Shown piece after piece: positions 7,347-14,445 of a stretch of 32,000 nt of DNA (the first letter of the stretch is position 1; every line of letters begins with the position of its first letter). Source of the DNA: an uncultured Alphaproteobacteria bacterium (GTDB lineage: Bacteria > Pseudomonadota > Alphaproteobacteria > Rhizobiales > Xanthobacteraceae); NCBI GenBank assembly GCA_963767445.1, contig CAVYEF010000001.1, positions 3,204,869-3,236,868 of the forward strand, read 5' to 3'. The notes under the pieces were generated by a model, which did no database searches, was not told where the DNA came from, and was given only the letters and a program-made list of their open reading frames with translations. A program made the translations under genes and the position numbers.

Positions 7347-7401
7347 CGTTGCTCGTGGTCTCTGTTGCGCGGAGCATTCTTCGCGTCTAGGACATGGGTC
7401 T

Positions 7402-8160
7402 TCACAATCCCGCGCTCCACGCGCGCGCCGTCTGCAATATCCACCCCCGGTACAGCGTCAGCGGGGTAACGCCGGTGAGGCCGCCGCAGCCGTCGGTGTT
7501 GTTCGGTCCCGTCGACCAGCTTACCACGCCAACAATGACGGCGCGGCCGCCCTGCATCGCGAAGGCCGGCGCGCCGGAATCCCCGGTGCAGGCGCCGAGG
7601 CCATCGCGGGTGTTGTTGGTGAGCGGATCGGCGAGACGGATCTGCAAAGTGCCGGGCTTGCCGGTGATGGCGAGATCCGCGGCGCGGACGCTGCCGCCGC
7701 TCTTGCCGTCGCCGCGCCGGGTGACGCCGACGCCGGCGATGGTAAGGCGGTCGCCGGTCTGAATCGGGACCAGCGGCGCGCCGAGCGGCGCCGGGGTTTT
7801 GCTCGCGGGCAGCGGAGCGGCCAGTTGCAGCAGCGTCACGTCGGCGGAGGCGCGGTGCGCCGCGATGCTTGCCGCATTGAATTGCGGATGCTGCGCCACG
7901 CGCTTGACGTCGAGCAGACGCGGCGGCGTTTCGCCGGGAACGATGACCTTGTAGTCGGCGCCGGGCATCGCGCAATGCGCCGCGGTCAACACCAGATCCT
8001 GCGCGATCAGGCTGCCGGTGCAGAAGGTGCCGCGCGAGCCGATGACGGTGACGACCGCGCGCGACATGTTTTCCGCGGGCGCGCCGCCGCCGCCGACGAT
8101 GGCGGATGCGGGGGTGACGGCGAGCGCGGCGGCGACGGCGATGACGAAGCGTTGAATCAT
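7402..8160 (-). CDS. Secreted trypsin-like (S1 family) serine peptidase
   Basis: Signal peptide MIQRFVIAVAAALAVTPASA, then IVGG, TAAHC (His), and GDSGAP (Ser) motifs. It is antisense to the GTA operon. I chose the start at 8160 (internal Met of track ORF 7402..8208). Confidence 0.85.
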   Translation of the reverse strand: MIQRFVIAVAAALAVTPASAIVGGGGAPAENMSRAVVTVIGSRGTFCTGSLIAQDLVLTAAHCAMPGADYKVIVPGETPPRLLDVKRVAQHPQFNAASIAAHRASADVTLLQLAAPLPASKTPAPLGAPLVPIQTGDRLTIAGVGVTRRGDGKSGGSVRAADLAITGKPGTLQIRLADPLTNNTRDGLGACTGDSGAPAFAMQGGRAVIVGVVSWSTGPNNTDGCGGLTGVTPLTLYRGWILQTARAWSAGL

Positions 8161-8264
8161 CCGGCGATGTGAGCCGCTGCCGGCGGCGAGTGTCAATGCT
8201 CCTCGCATCCCGTACCCGATGCGGCGCGACGTGCCGCGTCCGCGGCGCGAAATACATAAAGCGC

Positions 8265-8352
8265 GTCATGCGCGGGCTTGACCCGCGCATCCATCCAGCT
8301 TCGCAACACGCTTTCGAAGACGATGGATTGCCGGGTCAAGCCCGGCAATGAC
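8265..8352. repeat. Family-C palindrome alone
   Basis: GTCATGCGCGGGCTTGACCCGCGCATCCATCC...GATGGATTGCCGGGTCAAGCCCGGCAATGAC, immediately upstream of g6. Confidence 0.9.
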
Positions 8353-8371
8353 GAAGGGAAGGATCACCGCC

Positions 8372-8938
8372 ATGTCCGCCATCCTGCTGACGCCGCCATC
8401 CGCCGAGCCGTGGACGGTGGCGGAGGCCAAGGACTTTCTGCGCATCGAGCATGACGATGACGATACCATCGTCGCGGCGCTGGTCGCGGCAGCCCGCGGC
8501 CATGTCGAGGCGCTGACGCGGCGCGCGCTGCTGACGCAGGGCTGGCGCTTCGTGCTCGATGCGTGGCCATCAGACGGCCGCTACGCGCCGCGCATGGCGC
8601 CGCTGCGCGAACTCGCCGCGGCGCGGGTCTACGACGCCGCCGGCCACGCCGGCGCCGTCGACACCGCGACCTTCGTGCTCGACGCCGCCGCCAATGTGAT
8701 CGCGGCGCCATGCTTGTCGCTGCCCGTTCCCGGCCGCGCCGCCGCCGGCATCGAACTCGACGTCCAGCTCGGCTACGGCGCCGCGGTCGATGTGCCGGAT
8801 GCGCTGCGCCATGCGGTGCGCATGCTGGTGGCGCACTGGTACGAGAACCGCGGCCTCGCCGCGCTCGGCGCAAGCGTGGCGGTGCTGCCGGCCGGCGCCG
8901 GCGCGCTGCTCGCGCCCTATCGGGTGCTGTCGCTATGA
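8372..8938 (+). CDS. GTA g6-like head-tail connector (gp6-like adaptor)
   Basis: GGGAAGGA upstream of the ATG at 8372. Pattern EPWTVAEAKDFLRIEHDDDDTIVAALVAAARGHVEALTRRALLTQ....HWYENRG is typical of phage gp6-like head-tail connectors. Its stop overlaps the next start (ATGA). Confidence 0.85.
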   Translation: MSAILLTPPSAEPWTVAEAKDFLRIEHDDDDTIVAALVAAARGHVEALTRRALLTQGWRFVLDAWPSDGRYAPRMAPLRELAAARVYDAAGHAGAVDTATFVLDAAANVIAAPCLSLPVPGRAAAGIELDVQLGYGAAVDVPDALRHAVRMLVAHWYENRGLAALGASVAVLPAGAGALLAPYRVLSL

Positions 8939-9264
8939 TCGATCCCGGACGATTGAAAACCCGGCTCGCGATCCAGTCGCCGGTCGAGACCGACGACGGG
9001 CAGGGCGGTGTCGCGCGGAGCTTTACGACGCTGGCGACGGTGTGGGCGGCGGTGACGCCGCTGGCCGCGCACAGCGGTGCCGGCGGCGTCGAAGCCGGCG
9101 CGGCCGGCGCCATCATAAAATACCGCATCGTCCTGCGCGGCAATTTCTCGCTGACCCTGCGGCATCGCCTGGTCGACGGCGCCCGCAGCTATCGCATCAC
9201 GGCGATCCGCGACCTCGACGACCGCCGCTTCGTGTCGCTCGACGCGGAGTTATGGGTGGAGTGA
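8935..9264 (+). CDS. GTA g7-like head closure / head-tail joining protein
   Basis: ATGA overlap with g6. About 109 aa. Pattern RLKTRLAIQSPVETDDGQGG....WAAV.P......YRI.LR....RHRLV.G.R.Y.I is typical of the Phage_H_T_join family. Confidence 0.85.
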   Translation: MIDPGRLKTRLAIQSPVETDDGQGGVARSFTTLATVWAAVTPLAAHSGAGGVEAGAAGAIIKYRIVLRGNFSLTLRHRLVDGARSYRITAIRDLDDRRFVSLDAELWVE

Positions 9265-9375
9265 GGCGCGCAGATCATCCCGAACGCCGGGCGTTCGTAA
9301 CGGCCCCGGCTCTGCAGCACATCGCGCCGCAAAGTGCGACGCGGCGCTGCGTCCGGGGCACGCAGTATATCTGCC

Positions 9376-9494
9376 GTCGTCCCCGCGCAGGCGGGGACCC
9401 ATAGCCACGGTGTTTGCAGCGGCGCGCCGGCGCTGGGGCATCGTGCTTCATCACGACGGCGGTGTGTATGGATCCCCGCCTGCGCGGGGACGAC
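9376..9494. repeat. Family-A inverted-arm REP
   Basis: GTCGTCCCCGCGCAGGCGGGGACCCATAGCCACGG...GTGTGTATGGATCCCCGCCTGCGCGGGGACGAC, between g7 and g8. Confidence 0.9.
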
Positions 9495-9515
9495 GGCTTA
9501 AAAGGAATCTTCGCC

Positions 9516-9926
9516 ATGTCATCCGCCCACGTCGCGCTGCGGTCGGCCATTCATGACGCGCTGGTCGCCGATAGCGGCCTGGCCGCGGCGCTTGGCGGCG
9601 CCAAGGTCTATGACGAGCCGCCGCGTAACGCGGTGTTTCCCTATGTCACGCTCGGCGAGGCGCGTATCGTCGATATCTCCGCCGACGACGGCCCGACCCA
9701 GGAACATCAACTGACGCTGCACGCCTGGTCGCGGCAGGGCGGCCACAGGCAAGCCCATCTCATCGCAGGCGCGCTGTTGAGCGCGCTCGACGACGCACCG
9801 CTCGCGCCCGACGGGCACCGGCTGGTCAATCTGCGCTTCGCGCTCGCTGATATCCGCCGCCAAGCCGACGGCCAAACCTATCACGCACTGGTGCGGTTTC
9901 GCGCCATCACCGAACCCGCGACATAA
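9516..9926 (+). CDS. GTA g8-like tail terminator (DUF3168-like)
   Basis: AGGA upstream of the ATG at 9516. Pattern L.AD..L.AALGG.KVYDE.P....FPYVTLGE ... H.L.LH.WSR resembles DUF3168. The position between g7 and the major tail gene also fits. Confidence 0.8.
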   Translation: MSSAHVALRSAIHDALVADSGLAAALGGAKVYDEPPRNAVFPYVTLGEARIVDISADDGPTQEHQLTLHAWSRQGGHRQAHLIAGALLSALDDAPLAPDGHRLVNLRFALADIRRQADGQTYHALVRFRAITEPAT

Positions 9927-9936
9927 GGAACAGCCC

Positions 9937-10344
9937 ATGGGCGCGCAAAAAGGCAAGGACCTGCTGCTCAAGATCGACGGCGGCACCGGCTTCGTCACCG
10001 TGGCGGGCTTGCGCAGCCGCCGCATCGCCTTCAACGCCGAACTGGTCGACATCACGCACGCGGAATTGGTCGACCGCTGGCGTGAATTGCTGGCCGGCGC
10101 CGGGATGCGGCGGGCGTCGATCTCGGGGCGCGGCCTGTTCAAGGACGCCGCCTCCGACGCGCTGGTGCGGCAGGCGTTCTTCGACGGCGCGGTCAACAAC
10201 ACCCGGGTGATCGTGCCGGATTTCGGCACCGTCGAGGGGCTGTTCCAGATTTCGAGCCTGGAATTTGCCGGCGAGCACAATGGCGAAGTGACGTTCGACC
10301 TCACGCTGGAATTGGCCGGCGCGCTGACATTCACGGCGATGTAG
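9937..10344 (+). CDS. GTA g9-like major tail (tube) protein
   Basis: AAGGAA upstream. MGAQKGKDLLLKID.G.GFVTVAGLRS..I.FNAE.VD.T ... SG.G.F.D...D ... F.I.SLE.AGEHNGEVTF.L.L matches the TP901-1-type major tail protein as in RcGTA g9. Confidence 0.9.
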   Translation: MGAQKGKDLLLKIDGGTGFVTVAGLRSRRIAFNAELVDITHAELVDRWRELLAGAGMRRASISGRGLFKDAASDALVRQAFFDGAVNNTRVIVPDFGTVEGLFQISSLEFAGEHNGEVTFDLTLELAGALTFTAM

Positions 10345-10349
10345 GTTTC

Positions 10350-10475
10350 ATCGTCCTCGCGGAGGCGGGGACCCACACGCCGTCGCTGCGAACTAGAAAG
10401 TGTCGACGGCTTGCGGGTGCAATTTTGCCGGATCATGAACGCCGGTGGTCATGGATCCCCGCCTGCGGGGACGAC
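10350..10475. repeat. Family-A inverted-arm REP (diverged)
   Basis: ATCGTCCTCGCGGAGGCGGGGACCCACA...TCATGGATCCCCGCCTGCGGGGACGAC, between g9 and g10. Confidence 0.8.
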
Positions 10476-10489
10476 GAGGAGAGGTTTCG

Positions 10490-10813
10490 ATGGCCAACAA
10501 ATACCGCGGCGAGATCGAGGCCGAGATCGGCGGCATCCGGCGCGTGCTGGTGCTGACGCTGGGGGCGCTGGCGGAACTGGAGAGCGCGTTCGCGGCCGGC
10601 GACCTGGTGGCGCTGGCGGAGCGCTTGGGTTCGGGACGGTTGTCGGCGCGCGACCTCGTGCGCATCATCGCCGCCGGCCTGCGCGGCGCCGGCGAGAACA
10701 TCGGGGACGACGAGGTCGCGGCCATGACGGTGGAGGGCGGCGCCGCCGGTTATGTGCGGATCGCAGCCGAACTGATCGCCGCCACCTTCGACGACACGCC
10801 GGCGCCGCGATGA
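10490..10813 (+). CDS. GTA g10-like tail assembly chaperone (gene transfer agent family protein)
   Basis: GAGGAGAGG upstream of the ATG at 10490. RGEIEAEIGG..R.L.LTLGALAELE.AF...L.AL..R resembles the GTA g10 family. The track ORF start at 10445 lies in a REP arm. Confidence 0.8.
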   Translation: MANKYRGEIEAEIGGIRRVLVLTLGALAELESAFAAGDLVALAERLGSGRLSARDLVRIIAAGLRGAGENIGDDEVAAMTVEGGAAGYVRIAAELIAATFDDTPAPR

Positions 10814-11001
10814 AGCCGTTCCCGTGGACCGACGCCATGCAGTTCGGCTTCGGCGTGCTGCGCCTGTCGCCGGACGCGTTCTGGCGAATGACGCCGCGCG
10901 AACTGGCGCAGGCCATCGCCGCGGTGCGCGGCCATGCCCCGGCGCCGATCGCGCGCGGCGATTTCGACGCGCTGATGCAAGCGTTTCCGGACAGGGCATA
11001 A
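10810..11001 (+). CDS. GTA g10.1-like protein (rcc01693-family tail assembly chaperone)
   Basis: ATGA overlap with g10. MKPFPW.DAMQFGFGVLRLSPDAFWRMTPRELA.A matches my recollection of the rcc01693 family. Confidence 0.8.
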   Translation: MKPFPWTDAMQFGFGVLRLSPDAFWRMTPRELAQAIAAVRGHAPAPIARGDFDALMQAFPDRA

Positions 11002-11011
11002 CGTACTCAGC

Positions 11012-11099
11012 GTCATGTGCGGGCTTGACCCGCGCATCCATCAATCTTCGCAAGATTCTTTCGAAGACGATGGATTGCCGGGTCAAGCCCGGCAACGAC
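11012..11099. repeat. Family-C palindrome alone
   Basis: GTCATGTGCGGGCTTGACCCGCGCATCCATCA...GATGGATTGCCGGGTCAAGCCCGGCAACGAC, between g10.1 and g11. Confidence 0.9.
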
Positions 11100-11118
11100 A
11101 CAGATGGAGGAGCGATTC

Positions 11119-11703
11119 ATGGCCGACGACACCGACCTGCTCTCGACGTCGAGCACGCTCGACGGCCTTGCGCTGAAGACAAAAGACCTCACCGCCAGCG
11201 CCGGCGGATTCGCGCGCGCGATGACGCAGGCGTTTTCCGCCTCCGTCAGCGGCGGCAAGCAGTTCGACGACGTACTGAAATCGCTCGGCCTGCGCATCTC
11301 CGATCTCGCGGTGCGGCTCGCCTTCAAGCCGCTGGAGAAGTCCTTGACCAGCGGCATATCGAGCCTGCTGTCGGGGCTGACCGGCAGCGTCGGCGGCGGC
11401 GCGACCTCATCGCTCGCCGCCGCGTCCGGCGCGATCAAGCCGTTCGCGGCCGGCGGCGTGATCGGCACGCCGAGCTATTTTCCGCTCGCAAGCGGCGGCG
11501 TGGGCCTTGCCGGCGAAGCCGGACCCGAAGCGATCATGCCGCTGACGCGCGGCCCCGACGGCCGGCTCGGCGTATCCGGCGGCGGCGGCAACACCATCAA
11601 TGTGCAGATCGCCACCCCCGACCTCGACAATTTCCGCCGCTCCGAAAGCTACGTCACCGGCCAGATCGCCCGCGCCGTGGCGCGAGGGCAGCGCAGTTTG
11701 TGA
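11119..11703 (+). CDS. GTA g11-like short tape measure protein
   Basis: GGAGGA 7 nt upstream of the ATG at 11119. Ala/Gly/Ser-rich helical N-terminus, then FAAGGVIG.PSYFP...G.GLAGEAGPEAIMPL.RG.DGRLGV, typical of the GTA tape measure. Confidence 0.85.
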   Translation: MADDTDLLSTSSTLDGLALKTKDLTASAGGFARAMTQAFSASVSGGKQFDDVLKSLGLRISDLAVRLAFKPLEKSLTSGISSLLSGLTGSVGGGATSSLAAASGAIKPFAAGGVIGTPSYFPLASGGVGLAGEAGPEAIMPLTRGPDGRLGVSGGGGNTINVQIATPDLDNFRRSESYVTGQIARAVARGQRSL

Positions 11704-11728
11704 GCTACTTGCTCCGGACGCACCACGA

Positions 11729-11931
11729 GTCGTCCCCGCGCAGGAGGGGACCCATAGCCACCGATGTTTGTGGTTGCGTGCGGACAATGCCACATCGTGC
11801 TTCAACGCCAGCACGGTGTGTATGGGTCCCCGCCTTCGCGCTAGGGCATGCACATATCTCTGTCGTCATTGCCGGGCTTGACCCGCGCATGACGAGATGT
11901 GTGCATGCCTGAGCGCCTTCGCGGGGACGAC
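11729..11931. repeat. Composite REP: family-A element with a short family-B MITE in the right arm
   Basis: ...TATGGGTCCCC-GCCTTCGC-[GCTAGGGCATGCACATATCTCTGTCGTCATTGCCGGGCTTGACCCGCGCATGACGAGATGTGTGCATGCCTGAGC]-GCCTTCGC-GGGGACGAC. There is an exact 8-bp direct duplication. Confidence 0.9.
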
Positions 11932-11964
11932 GATGATTGTTATGGGCGCCCAGGATACTGAATC

Positions 11965-12600
11965 ATGTCGTTTCACGAAATCCTGTTTCCGCTCGACATC
12001 GCGCTGCGCAGCGCGGGCGGGCCGGAGCGGCGCACCGAACTGGTGACGTTCGGCTCCGGGCGCGAGGCACGCAACGCGCGCTGGGCGCATTCGCGCCGCC
12101 GCTACGACGCGGGCTACGGCGTAAAGACGCTGGATGCGCTGCAGGCGGTAGTGGCGTTCTTCGAGGAGCGGCGCGGCCAGCTCCACGGGTTTCGCTGGCG
12201 CGACCGGCTCGATCATTCCAGCGCCGCGCCGGGCGCGCCGGTCTCCCCGCTGGACCAGGGCATCGGCATCGGCGACGGCATCACCGCGACGTTTCAACTG
12301 ATGAAAACCTACGGCGCGGGTTTTGCGCCCTATGCGCGCGCGATCGTCAAACCCGTGGGTGGCAGCGTGCGCGTCGCGGTCAGCGGTGCCGAGATCGCGG
12401 GCACGGCTTTCGGCTGCGACGTCGCCACCGGCGTGGTGACGTTCGCCGCCGGCCATATTCCGCCGGCGGGCGCTGCGATCACCGCGGGATTCCTGTTCGA
12501 CGTACCGGTGCGGTTCGACACCGATTATCTCGAAGTCGATTTCTCCGCCTTTGCCGCCGGCGCGATCCCGAAGATCCCGCTGGTCGAGATACGGATTTAG
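11965..12600 (+). CDS. GTA g12-like distal tail protein (DUF2460)
   Basis: MSFHEILFP.DI...S.GGPERRT..V...SG.E.RN.RW..SRR.YDAGYGV......L..V..FFE.RRG...GFRW.D is the characteristic DUF2460 N-terminus. Confidence 0.9.
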   Translation: MSFHEILFPLDIALRSAGGPERRTELVTFGSGREARNARWAHSRRRYDAGYGVKTLDALQAVVAFFEERRGQLHGFRWRDRLDHSSAAPGAPVSPLDQGIGIGDGITATFQLMKTYGAGFAPYARAIVKPVGGSVRVAVSGAEIAGTAFGCDVATGVVTFAAGHIPPAGAAITAGFLFDVPVRFDTDYLEVDFSAFAAGAIPKIPLVEIRI

Positions 12601-12614
12601 CGTCGCCCCACCTC

Positions 12615-12746
12615 GTCGTCGTCCCCGCGAAGGCCCTCTGTTCCCTCCCCCCTTGTGGGGAGGGTTAGGGAGGGGGGTGGCCGCATGCCCCGGTGTTTGT
12701 GATTACCCCCCTCTCCAACTCTCCCCCACAAGGGGGGGAGAGGGCC
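12615..12746. repeat. Half family-A arm followed by a family-F G/C-tract double hairpin
   Basis: GTCGTCGTCCCCGCGAAGGC, then CCCTCCCCCCTTGTGGGGAGGG...CTCTCCCCCACAAGGGGGGGAGAGGG (two hairpins in inverted orientation), between g12 and g13. Confidence 0.8.
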
Positions 12747-12799
12747 GAGCGCTGTGCGCGGCACCGCCGGTGCCGGATTTTTTGCGAGAAAGCTACTCC

Positions 12800-13711
12800 A
12801 TGCGCGCCATCCCATCCGCCTTGCAGGCGAAACTCGATTCCGGCGTCACCACGCTGGCGCGGTGCTGGAAGCTGACGCGGCGTGACGGCGGCGTCACCGG
12901 ATTCACCGATCACGACCGCGACCTCGTGCTCGACGGCGTGACCTGCCGCGCCGGCACCGGCTTTGCCGCCTCGGAGGCGACCAGCCGGTTCGATCTGTCG
13001 GTCGATGGCGCGGAAGTTTCCGGCGCGCTCGCCGACGATTCGCTGACGGAGGCCGATCTCGCCGCCGGGCGCTACGACGCGGCGCGCATCGAAACCTGGC
13101 TGGTGGACTGGAGCGAACCGTCGTTGCGCGTACTGACCGCGCGCGGCACGCTCGGCGAGGTCCGGCGCGAAGGCCAGGCCTTCACCGCGGAGCTGCGCGG
13201 GCTCGCCGACCTGCTGTCGCAGGAAAGCGGGCGGCTCTATACCGCCAGATGCGGCGCCGATCTCGGCGACGCGCGCTGCAGGGTCGACCTTTCGGCGCCG
13301 ACGCTGCGCGGCACCGGCGCCGTGACCGCGATCGAGGGCGGCTCGATCGTGGTTGTCGCCGGCCTCGACGACTTTGCCGACGGATGGTTTTCCTCAGGGA
13401 GGCTGACATGGACCGGCGGCGCCAATGCCGGGCTCGGCATCGAGATCAAGCAGCATCGCCTGCTCACAGGCCATGCGCGGCTGACGCTGTGGCAGGCGAT
13501 GGCCGAGCCGGTCGCGGCCGGCGACACGTTCACCGTGACCGCCGGCTGCGACAAGAGTTTCGCCACCTGCCGCGCCCGCTTCGCCAACACCGACAATTTC
13601 CGCGGCTTTCCGCAGATCCCCGGCAACGATTTCCTGATCGGCGCCCCGACCCAGGGCGCGCCGGGCAATGACGGGCTGCCGCTGGTTTCCCCGCCGGTCC
13701 TGCCGGGGTAG
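12800..13711 (+). CDS. GTA g13-like hub protein (DUF2163 plus BR0599-like C-terminal domain)
   Basis: Internal ATG at 12800, after the repeat element. MRAIPSALQAKLDSGVTTLARCWKLTRRDG...GFTDHD.DL..DGV.C ... CDK.F.TC...F.N..NFRGFP.IPG.DF is typical of this family. Confidence 0.9.
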   Translation: MRAIPSALQAKLDSGVTTLARCWKLTRRDGGVTGFTDHDRDLVLDGVTCRAGTGFAASEATSRFDLSVDGAEVSGALADDSLTEADLAAGRYDAARIETWLVDWSEPSLRVLTARGTLGEVRREGQAFTAELRGLADLLSQESGRLYTARCGADLGDARCRVDLSAPTLRGTGAVTAIEGGSIVVVAGLDDFADGWFSSGRLTWTGGANAGLGIEIKQHRLLTGHARLTLWQAMAEPVAAGDTFTVTAGCDKSFATCRARFANTDNFRGFPQIPGNDFLIGAPTQGAPGNDGLPLVSPPVLPG

Positions 13712-13726
13712 GCGGATGTTTCAACC

Positions 13727-13988
13727 GTCGTCCCCGCGAAGCGGGGACCCATAGCCACCGGTGCTTTGGCTGCGCACGAACGGTGCGACGACGCGCTTCA
13801 ACGCGAGCAGCGGTGTGTATCGGTCCCCGCCTGCGCGCTAAGGCATGCACACATCTCGTCATGCGTGGGCTTGACCCGCGCATCCATCCATCTTCGAAAC
13901 AGTCTTTCGAAGCGTGATGGATTGCCGGGTCAAGCCCGGCAATGACGACAGAGATATGTGCATGCCCTAGCGCCTTCGCGGGGACGAC
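13727..13988. repeat. Composite REP: family-A element with a full family-B/C MITE in the right arm
   Basis: GTCGTCCCCGCGAAGCGGGGACCCATAGCCACCG...TATCGGTCCCC-GCCTGCGC-[B/C core]-GCCTTCGC-GGGGACGAC. The 8-bp direct duplication has 1 mismatch. Confidence 0.9.
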
Positions 13989-14004
13989 GAACGGAGCTGT
14001 TGGC

Positions 14005-14445
14005 ATGCCCCCACCTCTCACCCGCGCCGCGATCGTTGCCGAGGCGCGCTCCTGGATCGGCACGCGCTATCGGCATCAGGCGTCGGTGAAGGGCGTCGGC
14101 TGCGATTGTCTCGGGCTGGTGCGCGGAGTGTGGCGGGCATGCGTCGGCGAGGAGCCGGAGACGGTGCCGCCTTACGCGCCGGACTGGGCCGAGTCGAGCG
14201 GCGAAGAGTTGCTTGCCGACGCGGCGCTGCGTCATCTTGCGCCGGTGCCGTGCGAAAAATTCGCGGCCGGCGACGTGCTGCTGTTTCGCTGGCGCGCCGG
14301 GTGCGTCGCCAAGCATGTCGCCATCGCGGCATCGCACGGCGCCATGATCCATGCCCATGACGGCGCATCGGTATGCGAGATCGCCATCGCGCCGTGGTGG
14401 CGGCGTCGGCTCGCTCATGCGTTCGCCTTTCCCGGAGTTGACTGA
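14005..14445 (+). CDS. GTA g14-like NlpC/P60 cell-wall peptidase
   Basis: ACGGAG upstream of the ATG at 14005. IV.EAR.WIGT.YRHQAS.KG.GCDCLGLVRGVW (catalytic Cys context) ... HVAI....MIHA. The track ORF start at 13942 is inside a REP element. Confidence 0.9.
   Translation: MPPPLTRAAIVAEARSWIGTRYRHQASVKGVGCDCLGLVRGVWRACVGEEPETVPPYAPDWAESSGEELLADAALRHLAPVPCEKFAAGDVLLFRWRAGCVAKHVAIAASHGAMIHAHDGASVCEIAIAPWWRRRLAHAFAFPGVD

Noticed and set aside
8169-8351. Short ORFs repeatedly translating to MRGLDPRIHPSSKESFE..., ...DGLPGQARQ and MTTEICACPSA.AGTT. Examples are 754-1095, 1136-1339, 3172-3384, 8169-8351, 8266-8469(-), 11705-11890(-) and 25405-25662.
   Set aside because: They lie entirely within, or start in, the palindromic REP/MITE elements. 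They occur on both strands because the repeats are palindromes. I treat them as repeat-derived, not genes.
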